Source: a virus
Virus record (IMG/VR): IMGVR_UViG_3300044729_000291
Location: 1-35,347 of that record
Length of the DNA stretch: 35,347 nt
Strand: one strand, 5' to 3'
Positions 22,600 through 29,798 of this stretch are shown here, piece by piece. The translations under genes were made by a program, and so were the position numbers. Under the pieces are notes generated by a model. That model had not been told where the DNA came from. It did not search any database and saw only the letters and a program-made list of their open reading frames with translations. Within the stretch, counting starts at the first letter, position 1. Each line of letters begins with the position of its first letter.

Positions 22600-24002
22600 C
22601 AGAATGCCAACGCCTCGATCTGGGCTTCAAGCCGCACAAAGGACACATGCGCGTCACTGTCGCCACGGAAACACTGAATCCGCCAGTTCCTCATGTGGCC
22701 CTGCTGAAACCACGCCAGGCGCTTGTTGCTGCCAATTGTGCCGACTGAGATAAAGCGCTGCTGGCTGTATGCCTTCCCGTCGAGGCTGTAACTGGTGCTG
22801 ATCTGTGGGTTGGTGCCTATGGCCACGCTGCCGGTCAAACTGACAAGCTCCAACTCGTTAAAAATCGCCCCATTGCCTTCGTTGTAGACGATGAGCGTGC
22901 CAAACTCCCAGCGCACTTGAGCGCCCCAATGGTGGCCGGTATCCTGCACCAGGTAGCCAACATTGCTGGATTGTGGATCTCCGACCAGCCACTTGTCATA
23001 GGCCCAGACCATGTTGCGTGCGCGGTATTGAGCGAAGCCGACGATGGTAGTGGTCAGCGTGAACCATACCGGCTCGCCTAGCGCCTCGGATGCCGTTGCG
23101 TCATAGACCACGGTGCGGTCAGGCAGGTGGACGTATAGGTGCTGGTGATTCTTGTCGTTTCGTGCCTCCAGCTTGACGCCAGCCAGTTGCGCCTCGGTGT
23201 ATTGCAGGAGCAGGTTGTCGATCTCCTGAGTGCTGGCCTTCTGGGTTACTGCTGATGCGCCGACGTATATGCCTGGTGCCTCGTTGCGACCACTGCCTAA
23301 AAATGCAATGGCCTGAATAAAAACACAGCAGGCTTGCGTTCCGACAACGCCCTTTTGTATTTGAGCGCCATCAATCCTTGCAAACGGGAAAAGCTCGCCA
23401 CCCACGTTGTCGAATACCTCAATGGTGTTGCGGTTCAGGGCATAGACTTCGTTCCGCAGCTTGAGCAGGGCCACTACCGGGTCAGGATCGGCTTCTGAGC
23501 TTCCGTATTTCAGCGGATTGACCACCAGCGGGTCAGTCAGTTCGGTGACAACCAGAAACTCGCCGTCCGTGGTCATGAAATAACCATCCACCCACACCAC
23601 ATCAAGCACGACTCCAAGATCGGGGTCTGTGACTTGAGTCAGGGTTGCGCCATTCCAGTAATACAGCCGGCCACCGGATGCAATGGCCAGTCGGTCAAAG
23701 CTGTAGTCGAACGTCACTAGCTCGGTTATGGGGCCACCCACATCGCCCAAGATGGTCACTGTGCCGTTGCTGTCTATCTCGACCAGCTTGGTGCCCATCA
23801 CACGATATAAACTGTCCTGCCAGTTAATGCCACCGCGGTCGATGCCTGGACCTGTGCCGTTGGCTACAATGCCATCGCCAGGTCGCAGGAAACCGTTGCT
23901 GATACCGGACTTTTTCGGCACCGGCACCATGTTGATAGGGTAGCTGGTGCGAAGCTCCGGCGTGCTGTCAGAATATATGCCGTTGAGGATGGGAATTTGC
24001 AT
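22599..24002 (-). CDS. P22 gp10-like tail hub / packaged-DNA stabilisation protein
   Basis: MQIPILNGIYSD...SYPINMVPVPKKSGISNGFLRPGDGI parallels the gp10 N-terminus (Phage_stabilise family). The size of about 470 aa matches. Confidence 0.75.
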   Translation of the reverse strand: MQIPILNGIYSDSTPELRTSYPINMVPVPKKSGISNGFLRPGDGIVANGTGPGIDRGGINWQDSLYRVMGTKLVEIDSNGTVTILGDVGGPITELVTFDYSFDRLAIASGGRLYYWNGATLTQVTDPDLGVVLDVVWVDGYFMTTDGEFLVVTELTDPLVVNPLKYGSSEADPDPVVALLKLRNEVYALNRNTIEVFDNVGGELFPFARIDGAQIQKGVVGTQACCVFIQAIAFLGSGRNEAPGIYVGASAVTQKASTQEIDNLLLQYTEAQLAGVKLEARNDKNHQHLYVHLPDRTVVYDATASEALGEPVWFTLTTTIVGFAQYRARNMVWAYDKWLVGDPQSSNVGYLVQDTGHHWGAQVRWEFGTLIVYNEGNGAIFNELELVSLTGSVAIGTNPQISTSYSLDGKAYSQQRFISVGTIGSNKRLAWFQQGHMRNWRIQCFRGDSDAHVSFVRLEAQIEALAF

Positions 24003-24299
24003 TTACTTCTTTGCCTTGTTTCTGGCCGAGATTTTCCTTGCCTTCTCCTGTGCGTCAGCCTTGGACGATGCGCCCCATGCCCTCAAGCTCAGCAGCAGGC
24101 GGGTAGGTTCACCGTTCTTGTATTCAGGGCCAGCACTGCCACCCATACGGGCCAAGAATGACGCCCTGCGCGGATTGTCACCCGACTTGACAGGGGGCTT
24201 CAGGTTCATGCCTTCGGCCTTGGCTGCGGCACGCCCTTTGGCGTTTAAACCGCCCTTTGGGTTTTGGCCTTCCTTACGCGCATAAGCGGGGGTTTTCAT
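24003..24299 (-). CDS. Small basic protein (98 aa)
   Basis: MKTPAYARKEGQNPKGGLNAKGRAAAKAEGMNLKPPV...NPRRASFLARMGG. Lys/Arg-rich. Abuts the gp10-like start. Confidence 0.65.
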   Translation of the reverse strand: MKTPAYARKEGQNPKGGLNAKGRAAAKAEGMNLKPPVKSGDNPRRASFLARMGGSAGPEYKNGEPTRLLLSLRAWGASSKADAQEKARKISARNKAKK

Positions 24300-24529
24300 C
24301 TAAAGCCCTTGATCTTTTCTGCTATCTTTTTAGGCTGCTTCGCAAACTGCTTGCCTGCCTTCGTAGCCTCGCGTTTTGCCCTGGTGGTTGCCGCATACTC
24401 AGCCGCAGACAGGGCTTTGATGGCCTTGGCCGGCAGATAGCGTTCGCCAGTCTCGGACGAAGGCTTGCCCGACTTGGTGCGCCAGTCCTGGCTCGACCAG
24501 TCCTTCAGGCTTTTCTGCGGGGCTTTCAT
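24296..24529 (-). CDS. Small basic protein (77 aa)
   Basis: SLKDWSSQDWRTKSGKPSSETGERYLPAKAIKALSAAEY... ATGA overlaps on both sides. Confidence 0.65.
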   Translation of the reverse strand: MKAPQKSLKDWSSQDWRTKSGKPSSETGERYLPAKAIKALSAAEYAATTRAKREATKAGKQFAKQPKKIAEKIKGFR

Positions 24530-24702
24530 CGGTAGCTACCGCCTTTTTTCTTATACTCCACTGCCAGCAGTTGCGCTTTTCGGGCCGACCACTCGCCCGG
24601 ATCGCCGCCCTTTGTGCCAGCCTTGATTTTCTGAAACAAGGCTTTCCGCATGGTCGGCTTCGTGTAGTTGCCAGCCGCATTGACTGTGGACTTAGCAGCC
24701 AT
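24526..24702 (-). CDS. Small basic protein (58 aa)
   Basis: Internal ATG (24700-24702) in a TAATG overlap with the upstream stop. MAAKSTVNAAGNYTKPTMRKALFQKIKAGTKGGDPGEWSARKAQLLAVEYKKKGGSY. Confidence 0.6.
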   Translation of the reverse strand: MAAKSTVNAAGNYTKPTMRKALFQKIKAGTKGGDPGEWSARKAQLLAVEYKKKGGSYR

Positions 24703-25919
24703 TATGCGACTGCCGCACCACGTAATCCAACAACCCACCAGTCAGTGCCAGCAAACTGGAGCGTTACAGCATCACCAACAGCGTTGAATGTGATGGTGGT
24801 TGCACTGCCGAGGTTGGTCGGGGTCAAAACACCAGTATCACCACCAGCCGCCTCTGCGACATAAATAATGGTCTTGAGTTGCCCTTGTGCGCCATCCGCA
24901 AGGGTTAGAGCATTACCGGCAGCAGTCGATGTAAAAGCGGTAGCAAGGCTGGTTATATTGACAGCGCCGGGGCCACTCAATGCCTGAACCGTGGCCGATG
25001 CGCCAGTGCCACCATTTGCGACCGGCAATGCACCGGTGACGCCAGTGGTCAGCGGCAAACCTGTGCATGAGGTAAGCGTGCCAGAGGTCGGCGTGCCAAG
25101 CAGCGGGGTAACAAGGGTTGGGCTAGTTGCAAATACGCTTGCGCCAGTTCCGGTCTCGTCCGTCAAGGCTGCGGCAAGATTGGCCGAGGTAAACGAACCA
25201 AGCGATGCGGCATTGCCAACCGATGTAATGGCACCAGTCAGGTTTGCGTTGGTGGTGACGTTTCCTGCCGTTAGCCCGGCTGCAGTGCCAGTAATGTTTG
25301 TGCCGACAAGGGCGGTAGGCGTTCCCAGCGCAGGCGTCACAAGCGTCGGGCTGGTGTTGAATACCAGCAGACCGGTGCCGGTCTCGTCGGTCATTGCCGC
25401 ACGCAGGTTTGCGCTTGATGGCGTTGCTAAGAATGTTTGTATTCCAGCCGCATAAACCGTATTGGCAATTATCTGATACCAAGAGTTTGTCGGCTGATAG
25501 AAACGGATTGCTGTAGCAGTGCCAGCCGCCAATGAAGTAACTGCGCCAAAGATAGCCGATGCGCCATTCAGCGCAAGCGTCAGTGAGGTGATTTCTTGGG
25601 TCGTAGTGATCAGCACCGTGGTGCCATCAGGCACGCCAGTGTTCAGCGGCAAGGTGATCGTGCCAGTCGCCAGCGTTCCGGCAGGCTGCAACAGCATCCA
25701 CTGGTCATTGCTGACGGGGGTCGGCACCGTGATATTGAAGCCAGAGCCGGGAACGTAAAGATTCACCGCCAGCGTGGGCGATGCAAAACTCTGCTGAAAA
25801 AACGTCAGCAAAGAGCCAATAGAAGTGCGTCGTGCATCGCCATTATTAGGCGAGTAGACGGGAAGCTGGTCGCCGCTGGATATGGTGCTCAGGACTGGCA
25901 ACTGGTTAATGGTGGGCAT
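24702..25919 (-). CDS. Fiber-like structural protein with an internally duplicated module (405 aa)
   Basis: N-terminus MPTINQLPVLSTISSGDQLPVY...RRTSIGSLL. Two copies of SANL.AA.TDETGTG..VF.TSPTLVTP.LGTPT at aa 168-205 and 244-281. Confidence 0.65.
   Translation of the reverse strand: MPTINQLPVLSTISSGDQLPVYSPNNGDARRTSIGSLLTFFQQSFASPTLAVNLYVPGSGFNITVPTPVSNDQWMLLQPAGTLATGTITLPLNTGVPDGTTVLITTTQEITSLTLALNGASAIFGAVTSLAAGTATAIRFYQPTNSWYQIIANTVYAAGIQTFLATPSSANLRAAMTDETGTGLLVFNTSPTLVTPALGTPTALVGTNITGTAAGLTAGNVTTNANLTGAITSVGNAASLGSFTSANLAAALTDETGTGASVFATSPTLVTPLLGTPTSGTLTSCTGLPLTTGVTGALPVANGGTGASATVQALSGPGAVNITSLATAFTSTAAGNALTLADGAQGQLKTIIYVAEAAGGDTGVLTPTNLGSATTITFNAVGDAVTLQFAGTDWWVVGLRGAAVA
25077..25190 (-). 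repeat. Intragenic duplicated module, copy 2 (aa 244-281 of the 405-aa protein)
   Basis: TSANLAAALTDETGTGASVFATSPTLVTPLLGTPTSGT, compared with copy 1 at 25305-25418. Confidence 0.8.
25305..25418 (-). repeat. Intragenic duplicated module, copy 1 (aa 168-205)
   Basis: SSANLRAAMTDETGTGLLVFNTSPTLVTPALGTPTALVG. The two copies are 228 nt (76 aa) apart. Confidence 0.8.
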
Positions 25920-25930
25920 GATCTTCCTTA

Positions 25931-26410
25931 TTAGAATTCGATAGGCCCATCAGGGCCAGCGTTTACAGGCAAATAGGGGGGCCGCACAAACGGGTTATCG
26001 GTGACTCTCCACGGCTTGTTGCCAGCGCCAGAAGGGGTCGTGGATGGCAGTTGCTTCTCAAGCGGGAAGGTGGCCCTCTGCAGCAAGATGTCGTATCCCT
26101 GCTTTGCAGTGGTCTTGGTCTCGATCATCACTTGCTTGCCGTAACTTGGGGCCAGCCTGATGCCCAGGCTGCAAATAATGGCCTCGTAAGCAGAATCAGG
26201 AACGAGCGTATCCTCGTCAAGGTCGCTGTCTTGTGGGCTGGATGGCAAAGGATAGCCCAGGCGTATGCCTTTGGCGTTCCAGTCGGCCATCATTGCATCT
26301 AGCCGGCGCAGGGCAGAGTCAAGCTGTTCTGGCTGCAGATCAAACACATAGGACGCAAGGCCGATTTCCTCAAAAGCAGCGCTTATGAATTGTCGTTTTT
26401 TGTAGCCCAT
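25931..26410 (-). CDS. P22 gp4-like head-to-tail adaptor (tail accessory factor)
   Basis: ...FISAAFEEIGLAS...LDSALRRLDAMMADWNAKGI... and the C-terminal PSTTPSGAGN parallel P22 gp4 (...ALRKLGVAS...DDLEAMMAEW...MPTGSGN). Confidence 0.7.
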   Translation of the reverse strand: MGYKKRQFISAAFEEIGLASYVFDLQPEQLDSALRRLDAMMADWNAKGIRLGYPLPSSPQDSDLDEDTLVPDSAYEAIICSLGIRLAPSYGKQVMIETKTTAKQGYDILLQRATFPLEKQLPSTTPSGAGNKPWRVTDNPFVRPPYLPVNAGPDGPIEF

Positions 26411-26691
26411 GCCGATTCCTCGATGTGTTTAAGTAGTGTCGCATCTGACCAGCGTTTGTCAACCTTCAGCCCGATCACTTCGGCTCGTTGCAGCATTTCA
26501 TTACGGGTTGCTGGGCCATTGTCTACAGGCGCTTCAACTTTAGGCTCCCGTCTACCAATAGGCGTAGGACAAACCTGCTTTATTGCTTTGCGCTCAATGG
26601 TCTGCGCCTTTTTCAGCCTGCGCTTTTCCAACCGCAATTCCTTCCACGGGGCCAGAGCCTTGGTCTTGATAATTGCGGCAGATTTAATCAT
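26383..26691 (-). CDS. Basic protein with an HeH/SAP-like motif (102 aa)
   Basis: ATRNEMLQRAEVIGLKVDKRWSDATLLKHI resembles the helix-extension-helix motif common in phage head-module proteins. It overlaps the gp4-like start by 28 nt. Confidence 0.55.
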   Translation of the reverse strand: MIKSAAIIKTKALAPWKELRLEKRRLKKAQTIERKAIKQVCPTPIGRREPKVEAPVDNGPATRNEMLQRAEVIGLKVDKRWSDATLLKHIEESAWATKNDNS

Positions 26692-26858
26692 TTCATCTTT
26701 TTCATCGGTGCTTTACCTGGCTTGCCAGCGGCTTTTGCCGACTTGCTTGCCATGCCCAAAGCCATAGCGACGGCTTGCTTTTGGGGCTTGCCTGACTTCA
26801 TTTCCATAGCAATATTCTTGCCGATTGATTTCTTTGAGTAACCCTTGGTCATTGGCAT
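26688..26858 (-). CDS. Small basic protein (56 aa)
   Basis: Start moved to ATG 26858, which has GGAG 7 nt upstream, because the track start at 26888 lies inside a terminator hairpin. MPMTKGYSKKSIGKNIAMEMKSGKPQKQAVAMALGMA... Confidence 0.55.
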   Translation of the reverse strand: MPMTKGYSKKSIGKNIAMEMKSGKPQKQAVAMALGMASKSAKAAGKPGKAPMKKMK

Positions 26859-26870
26859 ATCTTTCTCCAT

Positions 26871-26902
26871 TAAAAAACAGACCAGCATCTCTGCTGGCCT
26901 GT
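26871..26902 (-). terminator. Rho-independent terminator after the post-capsid gene
   Basis: Minus strand reads ACAGGCCAGCA-GAGA-TGCTGGTCTGT followed by TTTTT(A). The stem is about 11 bp including G-U pairs. It lies 9 nt after the TAA of gene 26912..27514. Confidence 0.75.
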
Positions 26903-26911
26903 CCTGGTTGG

Positions 26912-27514
26912 TTAGCCGATCCGATACGAAACGAAGGTTTCAGCAGCAGTCTTGCGAGTGCGCCATGCGCCAGAGGTAACGGTGGCAACTGCGGCAGTGC
27001 CGACAATCGTGTGACCCGTTGCGGCGGCTGTAACCGTGAAGGCATTTGCGCCCGTAGCGATTACAGACCAGTCGAACGAATCACCAATTGCAAACTCACT
27101 GGCGGCGTCCAATACCTCACCGGTCGGCAGCGTGCCAGCAACAGCAGCAGCCGTGGTGGAGGTAACGATACCCGACAGGATCATCGCAGCGGTCAGAGCA
27201 CCGGTAGCGTTCAGCACGCCCGGCGTTCCTTGAAGCTGAAACTTCCCATCATCCGAAACAACCGGATCGGTGCCGACCGCGTAAGTTGCACCCGACGCGC
27301 CGGCCTGAATGGTCAAATTCGTGGCATTCGTGAAAGCGGCAGAGACGTAGGTGGTGTTCTCGACTACGGTCAGCAAGTCCTGCGATTCAGGGAAATTGGG
27401 ATAACCAACTTCCTGAAACACACTGGCCGGCGAGTAGGCTTGGACGGCGATCTTCTCGCCTGCCGGCACAGTAACAACAGCGGTGCCTTGGGTAAAAATT
27501 CTGTTAAAGCTCAT
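26912..27514 (-). CDS. Virion-module protein directly after the coat gene (possible capsid decoration/cement protein)
   Basis: 200 aa, Ala/Thr/Val/Gly-rich beta-type composition. The functional suggestion rests only on position and on the strong terminator after it. Confidence 0.4.
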   Translation of the reverse strand: MSFNRIFTQGTAVVTVPAGEKIAVQAYSPASVFQEVGYPNFPESQDLLTVVENTTYVSAAFTNATNLTIQAGASGATYAVGTDPVVSDDGKFQLQGTPGVLNATGALTAAMILSGIVTSTTAAAVAGTLPTGEVLDAASEFAIGDSFDWSVIATGANAFTVTAAATGHTIVGTAAVATVTSGAWRTRKTAAETFVSYRIG

Positions 27515-27525
27515 GATTTATCTCC

Positions 27526-28815
27526 TTACGGCGTTTGATTGAACAAGAGAATACCGGACATCTCGGGCTGTTTGTTGACCACGCCGAAAAGGGTATCGAG
27601 GCGATACTTGGTTTTCATCGTGTTCACATCGTATTGCTTCTGCATCACCAGTTCGATGCCTTGGTCGGTGGAGGCGCGCATCACTGCAACGCCAGCATCC
27701 GAGGGAACAGCGTAACGGCCCGGCAGGATTTCAAGCGCATCTTTCTGCCAGAAGCAGTTGATCGGCGCAGCATCCACGTTCAGGCGATTGATGGAACGGC
27801 CAGCAGCAGCGGTCACGATGCAGTTTTGATACTGCAGTTCGGCATCCGTTCCACCTTGTGCCGAAATGATCGGCGGGGTGATAACGCAAGTCGTGCCGGT
27901 CGTAACGCTCACCACGCGGAAGGTCTTGGAGAATCCAGTGCCTTGCTTGGTGATGTGATGCACAGCTTCTACGCCTTCGATTTCGATGGCGGTGCCAGCC
28001 GGCAGGTCGGTGGTGCTGGAGACGGTAATCGTTTGGAAACGATTGTCCACGTTGCCAGTCTCACCCGTTGCTGCGGTGCTGGTAGCGACCGGCACGTAAA
28101 AGTTGCTTGCGCCAACCAAGGTGCTCATGGTCGGATCGGCACCAGTTGCAGCCGCAATGCGGTTCGCATAGTCCAGTTTGTAGGTCTCAAAGCCTGCGAC
28201 CATACCAACGTAGGAACGCTCAAACGCATTGTTCGACTTGTTGCCGGCAAAGCTGCGCGAAACAGATGCGCCACCAGCGCCACCAGCAATGTTGCCGGCG
28301 ATGCCGTTGTAGTCACGGCTAGAAAGCGCCATGTAACGGTCAAAGGCTTGCACGCCCTGCTCGTTCATGATGCTGTCGCAGAGGGCGATGTCATCGTAAT
28401 CACCAGCAGCGGTGCTGACGGTGACCACCAAGCTTCCGAGATTGGCGGCGGTGTTCATGATGGCGATGTTGATGTCGGAGGCCAGCTTTTGCTTGGCGGC
28501 TTCGCCCAGGCGACCTTCTTGCAGGGCATCACGCAGTTCAAGCGCGTCCAGGATGAACGGCACCGACTTCTGGAAGCCGAGCGTAGCGGGGACGGAAAGC
28601 TGGGTGTAGTTGCCGAAATTGCCGGTTTGGTCCATGCCATCGTAGGATTGCGCGATGTAGGGCTGGGGGCGGTAGATCACGTTGTTGGTGCGCTCCATCA
28701 TCGAGCCGTCGGTGTTGTAGACGGACACGTTCCGGGAAAGCACCAGGGCGTCGTTGAAGCCTTCGAGGATGTCCTCAAAGGCAACGCGCTCTTCCTTGCT
28801 GAATGAATTACTCAT
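27526..28815 (-). CDS. Major capsid protein, P22 coat (gp5) family
   Basis: 429 aa (P22 gp5 is about 430 aa). ERTNNVIYRPQP and LRDALQEGRLGEAAKQKLASDINIAIMNTAANLGSLVVT parallel the P22 strings QRSSNTIWMPVEQ and [39 protein letters not shown]. Confidence 0.85.
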   Translation of the reverse strand: MSNSFSKEERVAFEDILEGFNDALVLSRNVSVYNTDGSMMERTNNVIYRPQPYIAQSYDGMDQTGNFGNYTQLSVPATLGFQKSVPFILDALELRDALQEGRLGEAAKQKLASDINIAIMNTAANLGSLVVTVSTAAGDYDDIALCDSIMNEQGVQAFDRYMALSSRDYNGIAGNIAGGAGGASVSRSFAGNKSNNAFERSYVGMVAGFETYKLDYANRIAAATGADPTMSTLVGASNFYVPVATSTAATGETGNVDNRFQTITVSSTTDLPAGTAIEIEGVEAVHHITKQGTGFSKTFRVVSVTTGTTCVITPPIISAQGGTDAELQYQNCIVTAAAGRSINRLNVDAAPINCFWQKDALEILPGRYAVPSDAGVAVMRASTDQGIELVMQKQYDVNTMKTKYRLDTLFGVVNKQPEMSGILLFNQTP

Positions 28816-28832
28816 GAAAATCTCCTAAATGT

Positions 28833-29744
28833 TTATTTGGATGCTGATCGTTTTTGCGCTTTGTAGGCAATGACTTTAGTCATGTTGCCAGTCCGCGACG
28901 CATCTTCTCTCAGCCGTTCAAGGGTTGAGTCCACCGCCCCAGATACTCGGCCAGTTCCTGACACAATTTTCTCGGGCGGCGGGGCTGCTTTGCGGTTGGT
29001 TACTTTCAATTCTTTCTCCAGTTTCGCTACCGCAAAAGCAAACTTTACGGGGTCTTTTATGTCGGACAACTCCTTCGCCTTCTTCGGGTTCTTGCCAATC
29101 GCGTAAATGACGAGCGCGGGATTATCCGCACCCTGCAGCACTATGCCTTGCTGGGTGACGTTAAAGACCTCCTGGGCGACTGCCTCGGCATCTTCAAAGT
29201 CCTTGACTCTCAGTTCAGCTTTCGCCTTGCCGTAGCCTTCCAGCTTGGACTGCCATGCCTTCTGCTGAGTCATAACTTCAGCTTCTTGCTTGGCATTGGC
29301 ATCGTCGGCCTGGCGCTTGCGCTCAAACCAATCTGCCATTGCTACCTCAAACTTTTCTGCGTCGTAGTCGTGTTCCTCAAGACTTGGCTTCTTGCCCACC
29401 ACGACCGGCTTGGTCTCAGTCTGTGCGGTGCTTTTCAGCTTGCCCTGCAGTTCACGGTTCTGACGCTGTAGTTCTCGGTTCGTCTTACGCAACTCTCTAA
29501 CCCATTCGGGCGCTTGAGTGTGTTCTTCGGGAGGCGGCGCTTCCTCACCAATGGATACGATCACTTCGTCCGGTTCGCCCTCGTCATCTTCGGCGCTCTG
29601 GTCATCGCTCTGGTCGCCAACGGATTGATTCTCGCTGGTGGTTTCCTCAGTGCTCTGGCCTTCGTCCTCGATGACGATGGTTTCCTCGTCCTCGTTCTCG
29701 CTTCCTTCTGCCTTTTTATTCATCTTTGACCCCATCAAACTCAC
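28833..29744 (-). CDS. Scaffolding protein
   Basis: Lies between portal and coat. Acidic low-complexity N-terminus, long charged helical region, about 300 aa. The start is ambiguous: GTG 29744, ATG 29735 or ATG 29723. Confidence 0.7.
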   Translation of the reverse strand: MSLMGSKMNKKAEGSENEDEETIVIEDEGQSTEETTSENQSVGDQSDDQSAEDDEGEPDEVIVSIGEEAPPPEEHTQAPEWVRELRKTNRELQRQNRELQGKLKSTAQTETKPVVVGKKPSLEEHDYDAEKFEVAMADWFERKRQADDANAKQEAEVMTQQKAWQSKLEGYGKAKAELRVKDFEDAEAVAQEVFNVTQQGIVLQGADNPALVIYAIGKNPKKAKELSDIKDPVKFAFAVAKLEKELKVTNRKAAPPPEKIVSGTGRVSGAVDSTLERLREDASRTGNMTKVIAYKAQKRSASK

Positions 29745-29798
29745 CCAATTAATAACGGCTGGGTGGATGCCATTTTTTACATTCTCGTCCTTTTCCCG

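Noticed and set aside
24702-25919. Diversity-generating retroelement (Mtd-like variable protein with template repeat), prompted by the duplicated fiber module
   Set aside because: No reverse transcriptase gene exists anywhere in the 35.2-kb genome. The two repeat copies are both in-frame inside the same gene and differ at many positions rather than at adenine-specific sites in one copy.
27535-28806. A 423-aa ORF on the + strand, almost exactly antisense to the whole major capsid gene
   Set aside because: The minus-strand product has clear P22-coat similarity and sits in an unbroken minus-strand operon. The antisense product is His/Arg/Gly/Val-rich nonsense with no start context. Long antisense ORFs are expected when a highly expressed, GC-rich gene avoids TTA, CTA and TCA codons.
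29745-29798. Hairpin cacccagccgttattaattgggtg (minus-strand orientation) between portal and scaffold as a terminator, and the 6-bp hairpin at 13090..13106
   Set aside because: The stems are only 6 bp, one has a 12-nt loop, and neither has a convincing U-tract. This is too weak to call.
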